The notes beneath the pieces were generated by a model that worked only from the letters and a program-made list of their open reading frames with translations, was not told where the DNA came from and did not search any database. DNA of 64,000 nucleotides from contig CAZQYV010000002.1 in NCBI GenBank assembly GCA_964597675.1, forward strand, positions 7,532 through 71,531, in the 5' to 3' direction. Origin of the DNA: an uncultured Candidatus Saccharibacteria bacterium. GTDB lineage: Bacteria > Patescibacteriota > Minisyncoccia > Phycocordibacterales > DATDWN01. Every line of letters starts with the position of its first letter. The stretch's first letter is position 1. Shown here piece after piece: positions 20,971 through 29,197 of this stretch. A program made the translations under genes and the position numbers.

Positions 20971-21010
20971 AAAAAGAAACGACCCGCGTTATGCGGGTCG
21001 TTTCTTTTTT
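20971..21010. terminator. Bidirectional intrinsic terminator
   Basis: AAAAAGAAACGACCCGC-GTTAT-GCGGGTCGTTTCTTTTT between convergent genes. Confidence 0.85.
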
Positions 21011-21060
21011 GTACCTCCAATCTCTATTATAATACTCCGTTTTTATTTTTGGAAGATATG

Positions 21061-22224
21061 TTATCCCAGTTTTAGATTTCCATTTGCAATCGGCTCTACA
21101 GGTGAGGTTATTTTTTCAGGATGGAGACAGGTATCCATGTATGCTGCACAAGCGACCATAAGTGCGTTATCAGTCGAGAGTGAGTGTGTTGGTGTTTTAA
21201 CGATAAGGTCTGGATATTCTTTCTCAAGCATAAGCGACGTATCACGTAGTTTTTTATTTGCAATAACACCACCGCCAATAATCAGAGTCCGTGCACCAGT
21301 TAGATCAAGTGCTTTTTTTGTTTTTGACATCAGTACTTCGACTGTAGCATCTTCAAATTCACGTGCAATATCTGCTTTATCATTTTCAGACAGTGGCTCG
21401 TGATCACGGATATAGTAGAGGACAGCTGTTTTTAGTCCTGAAAATGAAAAGTCGCAATCGTTTGAATTGATCATAGGGCGGGGGAGTTCCACTGTATGTG
21501 GTATATTTTCTGTCCTAGCAATATGTGCGAGTTTTGAAATTTCTGGTCCTCCAGGGTACGGCAAACCAAGTTGTCGTGCGACCTTGTCAAAAGCTTCACC
21601 CACTGCGTCGTCTCGTGTTTGTCCAATGGTTTTGTATTGACCCCATGCGGGCATAGAGACAAGCTCGGTGTGGCCACCAGAGACGAGGAGGGCAAGAGCA
21701 GGAAAGTTGACCTGTCGTGTATCCTCGCTTTCAGCCAGTACAGAGACAATATGACCCTCCATATGGTTAGTGGGTATAACAGGGATGTCCCACAGTGTGC
21801 CAAGGGCCTTTGCACATGATATACCAACCCAAAGTGCTGGCTCGAGTCCAGGACCGACAGTGACAGCAATAATATCGATCTGTGGCTTTGTCATTTTTCC
21901 AAACAGAGGTTTCAATCCATCGCACAGACCTTCTTCACGGAGGAGAATGGTAGAGAGTTTCATCCAGACAGTTTCATCTAGATTTCCATTTTCGTTGTAC
22001 ATCTTTGCTTCCTTGAACGCATGCGCCAGAAGTGCCGGCAAATTTTTTGCGTGTTCACGTTTTGCAAGCATCGGAAAAACCCCACCATATTCTCGATGGA
22101 TTTCAATCTGAGAAAATAATACATTGCCGAGAATTTTGAAATGAGGATGTTCGAGACCGCCGTTTGCTTCTATGATACTGACGGCGGTTTCATCGCAACT
22201 CGTTTCGATGCTCAATATGTTCAT
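21061..22224 (-). CDS. tsaD: tRNA N6-adenosine threonylcarbamoyltransferase
   Basis: IETSCDET, GPGL, HMEGH, VSGGHT, DDAVGEAFDK, FSFSGLKT, TDNA. Confidence 0.97.
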   Translation of the reverse strand: MNILSIETSCDETAVSIIEANGGLEHPHFKILGNVLFSQIEIHREYGGVFPMLAKREHAKNLPALLAHAFKEAKMYNENGNLDETVWMKLSTILLREEGLCDGLKPLFGKMTKPQIDIIAVTVGPGLEPALWVGISCAKALGTLWDIPVIPTNHMEGHIVSVLAESEDTRQVNFPALALLVSGGHTELVSMPAWGQYKTIGQTRDDAVGEAFDKVARQLGLPYPGGPEISKLAHIARTENIPHTVELPRPMINSNDCDFSFSGLKTAVLYYIRDHEPLSENDKADIAREFEDATVEVLMSKTKKALDLTGARTLIIGGGVIANKKLRDTSLMLEKEYPDLIVKTPTHSLSTDNALMVACAAYMDTCLHPEKITSPVEPIANGNLKLG

Positions 22225-22257
22225 ATGCGTATGTGAGTTGATAAAGAGGGTTGTCTG

Positions 22258-22329
22258 TGCGCGCTGAGGGGATTGAACCCACGGCCCTTATCACGTCAAG
22301 ATAATGCTCTACCACTGAGCTAAGCGCGC
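22258..22329 (-). tRNA. tRNA-Val(GAC)
   Basis: GCGCGCT/AGCGCGC, TTATC-TTGACGT-GATAA, TTCAATC. Confidence 0.93.
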
Positions 22330-23012
22330 AATTTATGTATTGTTTGTTCACAATATTTTCTTCCAATATATACCAATCGGCGTTGTATGGCAACATTGCC
22401 ACAATTGATCACGCATACACCTTTATACGACGGGTAAGTCTTTGTACCAGCCGTTCTTTTGTCAATAGATGTTTTTCTAAAGACATTCAAAGGGACATGT
22501 AATTGTTGTGCCCAATATTTTTTTATCTTTTCTGGGTCCTGGTCAGCTCGTAGGTGTAGAAAGAGGGCAATATTTTTAATATTCACATTATAGATTTTGA
22601 TAAGAATATCAAGAAAAAATTTTAAAATAAGTGGATCAGTGTTGCCCATTCCAGTTGTTGTTGATTTTTTAAAACCCTCTCCTAGATATAGTAATGCAAG
22701 TGCCAATTCAGTGACATTATTATCATTATTAATTTTTTCTAGTACTTCCTGACCTTCTTGTTCGGCTTTTCTTAATCGCCCTATTTTTTGTGTGTTATGC
22801 CAGATAAGTGCTTTCTGTCTTGCATAGATAAGCGCTTTTTTGCGTCCTCTGTCGAGTTTTTTCTTTTGTAATTTATTGAGAATAATATTTTTAAACCAGC
22901 CACTAAGTGTTGACCGGGGGATGCCATATTTTTTCTCAATAAATGTCATGGAAATTCCTTTCTTTCGAAGTTTAATAGCTTCAGGCTTTAATTTGAACCA
23001 CTTTGATTTCAT
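22320..23012 (-). CDS. HTH + LAGLIDADG-like protein (CPR family); stop codon inside tRNA-Val
   Basis: AIKLRKKG.S...I....GIPRSTLSGW HTH; LALLYLGEG LAGLIDADG-like helix; NTDP..LK.F. Confidence 0.8.
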   Translation of the reverse strand: MKSKWFKLKPEAIKLRKKGISMTFIEKKYGIPRSTLSGWFKNIILNKLQKKKLDRGRKKALIYARQKALIWHNTQKIGRLRKAEQEGQEVLEKINNDNNVTELALALLYLGEGFKKSTTTGMGNTDPLILKFFLDILIKIYNVNIKNIALFLHLRADQDPEKIKKYWAQQLHVPLNVFRKTSIDKRTAGTKTYPSYKGVCVINCGNVAIQRRLVYIGRKYCEQTIHKLRA

Positions 23013-23124
23013 GTATCAATTATACATTCAATGGTTCGGGTCAACAATATTTTTGTGTGGATAATTTTGATAGATGATTTTGTATTGCACTTCTTGACAG
23101 AGGAGTAAAAATTTATAATACTAT

Positions 23125-23440
23125 CTATCAGACAGCCGATACAGATTGGCTGATGAGACGGGCAGACACGAAAGTCTCTGCTTAACCAGCGGGCTGAGAC
23201 GAAAGGGAATAAACCCAGCCCATCAGCTAAGGCAAACAAACTTCGAACAATGCCTACGGTTGTGCCAGGAGTGCCGAAGCTATGGACACTGTATAAGCTT
23301 CCATCTGAACCCTCAAGGTTAAATGAGGTGGACAAGCAAAGATTTCCTAATTCCCATTGTGGCGACATAGATATGGGTTGGTCGGAAATCGTTTCGCGTG
23401 CATAACGCACGCCGTGTAGTAGGTCGTAAAACCCGTCAAC
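23125..23440 (+). ncRNA. Candidate ~320-nt structured non-coding RNA of unknown class
   Basis: Upstream TTGACA (23094) and TATAAT (23114), at least 8 helices, end-to-end pairing GACGGG/CCCGTC, downstream terminator, no credible ORF. Confidence 0.7.
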
Positions 23441-23441
23441 T

Positions 23442-23467
23442 AAGCGGCTCCTCTGCGAGCCGCTTTT
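23442..23467 (+). terminator. Intrinsic terminator of the candidate RNA
   Basis: AAGCGGCTC-CTCTGC-GAGCCGCTT-TT. Confidence 0.75.
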
Positions 23468-23480
23468 CCATTATAAATTC

Positions 23481-23684
23481 TGGCGGAGGAGGGGAGAGTT
23501 TCTCCCTCGAAAATTTCAATTTCACCAAATTGAAATTTTCTGGGCACCGGTTTGTCGACAAGCACTGCTGTGCTTGTAAACCGACAAACCGTTCGAATCT
23601 CACACGAAAAATCGATGATTTTTCTCCTCCTCTCGCAAAAAAGAAAACCCTTTCGGATTTCGTTTTTTGGCGGAGGAGGGGAGA
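23481..23684 (-). repeat. tRNA-3'-anchored structured element (Ser)
   Basis: 17-bp direct repeat TGGCGGAGGAGGGGAGA at 23481 and 23668; inverted GTTCGAATCTC...CTCCTCCTCTCGCA at 23591-23637. Confidence 0.85.
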
Positions 23685-23757
23685 TTCGAACTCCCGAGGG
23701 GCTTTCACCCCTGTCGCTTTTCGAAAGCGAGACGATAGACCACTCTGACACTCCTCC
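23668..23757 (-). tRNA. tRNA-Ser(CGA), CCA encoded
   Basis: GGAGGAG/CTCCTCC-GCCA, TCGCT-TTCGAAA-AGCGA, long variable arm. Confidence 0.95.
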
Positions 23758-23908
23758 GTGCGTATTTTTATATACCCAACGAATATAACATATTTTTTGC
23801 TTTTTGGACAAAAAATGGTATATTAGATTGGCATTTTGGCCCTATCGTGACTAGGACACGGCCAGTTGGGTAAATAGTAAAGGTTAAAATTGAAAATTGT
23901 GTTTTATT

Positions 23909-23980
23909 GGCCCTATCGTCTATCGGTTAGGACGAAAGCTTTTCAAGCTTTAAAGCCGGGTTCGACTCCCGGTAGGGTCA
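23909..23980 (+). tRNA. tRNA-Glu(TTC)
   Basis: GGCCCTA/TAGGGTC, AAAGC-TTTTCAA-GCTTT, TTCGACT. Confidence 0.95.
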
Positions 23981-24009
23981 CAGATTGAGATTTACTAGCA
24001 CCATTTACC

Positions 24010-24615
24010 ATGTTTAAAATGATAATAATTTTTAACGTTGAAGATATCTTTCTTATAATCAACGCATCGGCTACAATAGCTCTTGTTATTTTTGCATGGA
24101 ATGAATGGATACACAAAAGGCCAAAAATAAAAACTTTTTTATTTCCACCTATTGTAGGTAATCGAATTAAAGATAAAAAAAGTTATATCTTTTATTTGGC
24201 ATGTACTAACTACGGTAATTTAGCTACTTCTATATATAGGATACAATTATTTTTTACATACAAGGATAATACTAAGAAACAGCTAGATTGTATTCCTTAT
24301 AACAAAAAAGGAATAAAATTTTTAACTCCTAGCAAAGAAGAAATAGACATAAAGTACGAAGAAAATAAATTTCCTATAAATGAAATTCTTCAACAGGGAA
24401 AATCTATAAAAGGATTTTTGATTTTTGAAGCGACGGAAGAAGATCAAGATATTGAAGAATTAAAAGAAGCAGAAATTGTTTTGGAGGATATGTTCGGCAA
24501 ACGACACTCCTCAATTATTTCTAGTGATAAATTAAATGGCAATACTGAAAATTTGCGTACACTTATGATACATTCCAATATAATCATTCCTTCATCAGCT
24601 TTGAAATCGAATTAA
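24010..24615 (+). CDS. Very AT-rich membrane-anchored hypothetical protein (cargo inside the tRNA-Glu element)
   Basis: 201-aa ORF, N-terminal TM, Ig-like beta domain (N.G..ATSI...L.QGKSIKGFLIF). Confidence 0.75.
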   Translation: MFKMIIIFNVEDIFLIINASATIALVIFAWNEWIHKRPKIKTFLFPPIVGNRIKDKKSYIFYLACTNYGNLATSIYRIQLFFTYKDNTKKQLDCIPYNKKGIKFLTPSKEEIDIKYEENKFPINEILQQGKSIKGFLIFEATEEDQDIEELKEAEIVLEDMFGKRHSSIISSDKLNGNTENLRTLMIHSNIIIPSSALKSN

Positions 24616-24654
24616 TACGGAACACTATTCTTTGGTTGAAAATCTGATTCCAAT

Positions 24655-24777
24655 TTTGTGCGGAGTCGAACGACGGAGCGATTCCTGCTTTAGTAAAAGC
24701 AGGACGCGAGTTGGTGCCTAGCCCGAGCCGAGTGACGACGAGGTGAGAGGCGAAGGAGACATTCCGCGTAGGGTCAC
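24655..24777 (+). repeat. tRNA-3'-anchored structured element (Glu), displaced from the tRNA by a gene
   Basis: Antisense GGAGTCGAAC at 24662, scaffold GACGGAGCG...GAGTGACGACGAG, GAGACAT, then GTAGGGTCAC (tRNA 3' end) at 24768. Confidence 0.8.
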
Positions 24778-24861
24778 TATTAAAGTAGGATCAGCTAAAT
24801 ATTGCTGAAAATACCGTAAAATGATCAAAGTTAGCCATATTTTAGGAAAGTAAAAACCCCC

Positions 24862-24891
24862 TTGACTTTTATATATTAAATGGTGTATAAT
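24862..24891 (+). promoter_or_regulatory. Sigma70 promoter
   Basis: TTGACT-N18-TATAAT. Confidence 0.65.
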
Positions 24892-24943
24892 ATGGGGAGG
24901 TAGTTCATTCACGTGAATTCAATTTATATCAGGAGATGAAACA

Positions 24944-25753
24944 ATGAAAAGAGCAGATCTGCAGTCCCTCGACCTGGTTTCCCCGGATTATGTCATTGCC
25001 CACGCGCTTGTACAAAAAGCCAGGGGGAGGAAACCGTCGATGTCATTTCGGGGCATCAGAAACCCGAATAAAGCGCTCTGTCGCGCACGCGCGGAGATGA
25101 GCAGGAATCTTCTGTTGAAGTTTGACGCGTTCGACACTGCCATGAAGTTGACTGGCGTGTCCTACAAGGAAAGTGAGGCAACCTCCGCCATCGGCGTGGG
25201 ACTCTTCATCGGCGCCAACAACCTCAAGAGACAGGTGCTGAGTTCACTCGATGACACGCATTATTTGACCACGCTCACGGAGTACCTCCGAATCGCAAAG
25301 GAAGAAGAGTTCGAGATCGTTCTGGAAGTGCCTTTCCTTGGCTATGACCACAAGCAAGAGAGCTTGTTCGTGCTTTTCAACAAAGCAGACGGCATCCTCC
25401 TCTGCTTCGACACCTACGGCGGCAAAAAGGTCAACGGCGGCCACTTCTACTACAACTGGATTCCCAACGGCAGCTGGCGTGAAGCTTCCTGTTTCACTTC
25501 AAGTGGTGGTTTTCACGAAATCGATGGACATCTCATCTGGAGTGGAGACCACGATTGTCGGGAAGCTCTGCGCGCACATTTGGCGGGACTCAGGGATCAT
25601 GGCAAATTCGTCACTCCATGGAAGGACCAGCCATTCCTTTGGCTTCTCCACTACATGGATACTAAGGTCGAAGGTTACGACCACAAGGCCATTACCGAGA
25701 GTCGGATTGGTCAGTTTCCCGACGAGATCAAGAACGCCATTCGACCAGCGTAG
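24944..25753 (+). CDS. Hypothetical protein, GC-richer than host, probably acquired
   Basis: 269-aa ORF, AGGAGA SD, C/G-ending codons, terminator at about 25761-25798. Confidence 0.8.
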   Translation: MKRADLQSLDLVSPDYVIAHALVQKARGRKPSMSFRGIRNPNKALCRARAEMSRNLLLKFDAFDTAMKLTGVSYKESEATSAIGVGLFIGANNLKRQVLSSLDDTHYLTTLTEYLRIAKEEEFEIVLEVPFLGYDHKQESLFVLFNKADGILLCFDTYGGKKVNGGHFYYNWIPNGSWREASCFTSSGGFHEIDGHLIWSGDHDCREALRAHLAGLRDHGKFVTPWKDQPFLWLLHYMDTKVEGYDHKAITESRIGQFPDEIKNAIRPA

Positions 25754-25818
25754 TATCACAACCGCCCCAAGAGCCGCTCGCTCTCTGGGCGGCTTTTTAT
25801 ATGGAAATCCACAACTCC

Positions 25819-26304
25819 TCACAAATAACTATCAAAATATATTGCGTGACATGTGTAGCCACCGGGGTTCTTTTGCAGATAATCCTGGTGGTATTCCTCG
25901 GCTTCATAAAACTCACCCAAGGGCTCTATGGTAGTGACAACAGGATTCTCCCATCGCTTTGATGCATTCACGATATCAATGAAATGTTCTGCCTCCTTTT
26001 TCTCATCTTCATTTCCATAAAATATTGCAGAACGATATGATGTGCCACGATCATTTCCTTGCTGGTTCAGAGTTGTCGGGTTGTGTATTTGAAAGAAAAA
26101 GTCGAGTAGTTTTTTATACGATGTCTTTTCGGTGTCATATTCAATTTCGACTGCCTCAGCATGTCCCTCGTGGTTTTCATAGGTAGGGTGTGCGACTGTG
26201 CCTCCCGTATAGCCAACACGAGTCCGGACTACACCAGTTTGTTTTCGGATCAAATCTTGGAGACCCCAGAAACACCCTCCTGCGAGTACAATTTTTTTAA
26301 CCAT
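25819..26304 (-). CDS. msrA: Peptide-methionine (S)-S-oxide reductase
   Basis: [29 protein letters not shown]. Confidence 0.97.
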   Translation of the reverse strand: MVKKIVLAGGCFWGLQDLIRKQTGVVRTRVGYTGGTVAHPTYENHEGHAEAVEIEYDTEKTSYKKLLDFFFQIHNPTTLNQQGNDRGTSYRSAIFYGNEDEKKEAEHFIDIVNASKRWENPVVTTIEPLGEFYEAEEYHQDYLQKNPGGYTCHAIYFDSYL

Positions 26305-26311
26305 ATTATAA

Positions 26312-26668
26312 TTATTTTCCAGGAATAAATTTCATCGAAATAGAGTTTACACAATATCTCTGATTTTTCGGAGTCAGTTGCTCTCCGAGAAAGAGGTGAC
26401 CAAGGTGACCTCCACATGTGGCACAGGTAATCTCGGTGCGCACACCATCTGCATCGAGACTTTTGTGGACGGCATCTGGTATCTCATCATCAAACGAAGG
26501 CCAGCCACAGTCTGATTCAAATTTGTCTTTGGAATTATAAAGGGGACTTTCACATTGTCGGCAGACATACACACCGGTCGCTTTGGTGTTTACATATTCA
26601 CCGGTAAATGGTGCCTCTGTCCCTTTGTTAATAATAATTTCTTCTTCTTCAGGTGTAAGTTTATTCAT
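26312..26668 (-). CDS. msrB: Peptide-methionine (R)-S-oxide reductase
   Basis: [31 protein letters not shown]. Confidence 0.97.
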   Translation of the reverse strand: MNKLTPEEEEIIINKGTEAPFTGEYVNTKATGVYVCRQCESPLYNSKDKFESDCGWPSFDDEIPDAVHKSLDADGVRTEITCATCGGHLGHLFLGEQLTPKNQRYCVNSISMKFIPGK

Positions 26669-26775
26669 GAGGTAATTGTATCAAATAATAATTTATTGGA
26701 AAAATTTTATATAGGATGGCATATATGAGAATATCTATATTTTAAGCCACCTATTGTTATAATATACTATATAAC

Positions 26776-26804
26776 TTGACAAAAATGTCATTTAGGTGTA
26801 TAAT
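26776..26804 (+). promoter_or_regulatory. Consensus sigma70 promoter
   Basis: TTGACA-N17-TATAAT followed by AAGGAGG. Confidence 0.8.
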
Positions 26805-26827
26805 GTATACAGAAGGAGGTGAGCAAA

Positions 26828-27115
26828 ATGGCGGCTTACAATGCCTATTTTGAAATCACCAATCAGGGTGGAAATTTGTTTTCCCACTCTGAAAAATTTC
26901 TGGTCCAGGGCTTGTCCAAGGTCCGGATTCAGGAAGACAAGAATATGTTTTGGTCAGACTGGTCTGGGACTGTGCAGCGGTTCTACGCTCGGTCCGGAAA
27001 GCCCTTTGCTGTGGTTGTCACCAAGAAAGGCTGGACTGAGTCCAGTTACGGCTCGGTCCGAGACACTAGCGAGGTCCGCGTGATCCTCGCAGGTGCAGAG
27101 GTCACTGATCACTAG
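26828..27115 (+). CDS. Small hypothetical protein with own promoter, SD and terminator
   Basis: SD AAGGAGG 8 nt before ATG 26828; hairpin AACCCCGC...GCGGGGTTT at about 27124-27158. Confidence 0.7.
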   Translation: MAAYNAYFEITNQGGNLFSHSEKFLVQGLSKVRIQEDKNMFWSDWSGTVQRFYARSGKPFAVVVTKKGWTESSYGSVRDTSEVRVILAGAEVTDH

Positions 27116-27207
27116 CCATGCTTAACCCCGCTCACCGGATATCCGGTCGGCGGGGTTTCACTATATTTACTTTTTATACCTATCCCTTTTTCTGCTATAA
27201 TCATTTC

Positions 27208-27819
27208 ATGAAGCACTCATACATCTATTGGATTTTTGGACTTCTTGTCATATTAGGATTTTATTCATATCAGCACACCGAGTATATCGTTAATTATCCA
27301 CCAAGAAATGAAACGATTGTGGCATTTGGTGATAGCCTCGTTCAAGGGGCTGGTTCTGTTAATGATGGAGATTTTGTATCAGTTCTTTCGAAGAAAATTG
27401 GCCGACCGATTGTGAATCTTGGTATTTATGGCAACACAACCGCACAAGGTCTGGCCAGAATCGATCAAGTCATTGCATATAATCCGGGGATCGTTCTCGT
27501 TCTTTTCGGAGGTAATGATTATCTACATGAGGTGCCTCGGACAGAAGCATTTGATAATCTTGATAAGATTGTCCAGAAATTGCAGGGGCAAGGTGCTGTT
27601 GTGGTTCTCCTTGGTATTCGAGGAGGAATTTTCTCTGACCCGTATGATCCAATGTTTCGAGTGCTCGCAAAAAAGCGCGGCACAGTTTATGTACCGGACG
27701 TCCTGAACGGTCTTATTGGAAACACACGATACATGTCTGATCCGGTCCATCCGAATAATCTCGGATATGAAATGATTGCCTCAAAAATCTATCCTGAATT
27801 GAAAAAAGTTCTTAAGTAG
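27208..27819 (+). CDS. GDSL/SGNH arylesterase
   Basis: FGDSL, GGND, DPVHPN; start reassigned to ATG 27208 behind TGCTATAAT. Confidence 0.9.
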   Translation: MKHSYIYWIFGLLVILGFYSYQHTEYIVNYPPRNETIVAFGDSLVQGAGSVNDGDFVSVLSKKIGRPIVNLGIYGNTTAQGLARIDQVIAYNPGIVLVLFGGNDYLHEVPRTEAFDNLDKIVQKLQGQGAVVVLLGIRGGIFSDPYDPMFRVLAKKRGTVYVPDVLNGLIGNTRYMSDPVHPNNLGYEMIASKIYPELKKVLK

Positions 27820-27826
27820 GGAAGTC

Positions 27827-28750
27827 TTATCGAGTCGTAAGTGACATGTAAATATCCTCGAGTGCCTTGACTGCATCTCCTGATGCAATGTTATTTTGGT
27901 GATACAACCCGTCTGTACAATCTCCTGCAGCCCATATGCCGTCTGTTTGTGTGCGTTGTGTACGTGGGTCGACAGGAATTTGTTCGATTGGGTTTAGTTC
28001 AATAACATCTTTCATAAAACTAGTTGCTGGCAAGAGACCTATTTCAACAAAGATAGCAGGAGTTTGTATTTCTGTAGTCTCATCACCTTTTTTGTACACA
28101 ATACCTGATACAAATGTATCACCTTTGATTTCAATAGGCACTGCGCCGGTAATTATTTCTAATTTAGGATTTTTTGAAAGTATTTCGATCGTGGAGGCGT
28201 CACCTTTGAGTGTTTCGCTACGATTGAGAATTGTGACTTTTGAACAGTAAGCGAGGAGCTGTGCTGCGGATTCGAGTGCCGCGTTACCGCCACCGATAAC
28301 TACAACATGCTGTCCAGCAAACATAGGGCCGTCACATGATGCACAGTAACTAATCCCCTTGTTATCAAATTCCTTTGCTCCAATGATATCTAGTTTTCGT
28401 CGAGTGCTACCTGTTGTGACTAGTATAGTTTTACTCTGATAGGTTTCATTATTGGTGGTGACAGAAAATCCACCATCATTTTTTGTAACAGCGCTTACCC
28501 ATTCATTTTCGCGTACAGAAACATAGTCGCCAGCATAGGCAAGGAGATGTGTCTTTAAATTTTCCGCCAAATCTTTTCCAGATATTTTTACAGTACCAAT
28601 CCAGTTTTCAATACCCTCTGATACGATACTCTGTCCTCCAAAGTCAGGTGTAATAAGCAGGGTTTTGAGTTGCTTTCGAGCAGCATAGACGCCGGCTGAT
28701 ACCCCCGCAGGTCCACCGCCAATGATGATTAAGTCAAAAAGTTGATTCAT
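27827..28750 (-). CDS. trxB: Thioredoxin reductase/AhpF-like FAD oxidoreductase
   Basis: GGGPAG, YCASCDG, GGGNAA, AAGD. Confidence 0.88.
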   Translation of the reverse strand: MNQLFDLIIIGGGPAGVSAGVYAARKQLKTLLITPDFGGQSIVSEGIENWIGTVKISGKDLAENLKTHLLAYAGDYVSVRENEWVSAVTKNDGGFSVTTNNETYQSKTILVTTGSTRRKLDIIGAKEFDNKGISYCASCDGPMFAGQHVVVIGGGNAALESAAQLLAYCSKVTILNRSETLKGDASTIEILSKNPKLEIITGAVPIEIKGDTFVSGIVYKKGDETTEIQTPAIFVEIGLLPATSFMKDVIELNPIEQIPVDPRTQRTQTDGIWAAGDCTDGLYHQNNIASGDAVKALEDIYMSLTTR

Positions 28751-28751
28751 A

Positions 28752-28793
28752 AATTAAGAATAATGAATTAAGAATAATGAATTAGGATTTAGG
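28752..28793. repeat. Heptamer array at the 3' end of the four-helix gene (partner array at 29169-29196)
   Basis: AATTAAG AATAATG AATTAAG AATAATG AATTAGG ATTTAGG; other side ATTCTTT ATTCAAT ATTCCTT ATTCTAT. Confidence 0.8.
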
Positions 28794-29168
28794 AACAATA
28801 AACGATTTTGATTTTTTGATCAGACTCTGTAAAAGTCTCTGACTAGACGTGATTTTTTCTAGAATCATTTCAAAATGTATACTATCAATATAACCTAAAT
28901 CTCTCGCTAATATCAACTGGTTTTTAACTTCAGTCAGAGAACCATGTGCAAGATAATAAAATTGAACCTTTTCTTTATAGGAATGTCTACTAAATCCTTC
29001 TGCTATATTCGATGTTATAGATACCGATGCTCTTTGTATCTGTGATGAAAGCCCAAATCTTTCAGATTGAGGAAATTTCTGCGAAAGTGAATAAATTGAG
29101 AGAACCAAATCATGACTTACTTTCCATGTCGTAAGATCTGTAAAATCATTAATTTTGGATTTCTCCAT
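28782..29168 (-). CDS. Four-helix-bundle protein (23S rRNA IVS / Avd-like family)
   Basis: F.DL..W..S..L...IY....FP..E.FGL.SQ.QRASVSI.SNIAEG, GSL.E. Confidence 0.93.
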   Translation of the reverse strand: MEKSKINDFTDLTTWKVSHDLVLSIYSLSQKFPQSERFGLSSQIQRASVSITSNIAEGFSRHSYKEKVQFYYLAHGSLTEVKNQLILARDLGYIDSIHFEMILEKITSSQRLLQSLIKKSKSFIVPKS

Positions 29169-29197
29169 ATTCTTTATTCAATATTCCTTATTCTATC

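Noticed and set aside
23150-23176. Hammerhead ribozyme suggested by CTGATGA...GAAA
   Set aside because: No convincing stem II between the motifs and no correctly placed stem I/III with an NUH site.
23009-23410. 133-aa minus-strand ORF
   Set aside because: No SD or recognisable domain; antisense to a region with plus-strand promoter, helices and terminator.
23125-23467. Canonical tmRNA, SRP RNA or group I/II intron call
   Set aside because: No acceptor stem, T-arm or CCA, no SRP helix-8 motif, no P7 or domain V signature; left unclassified.
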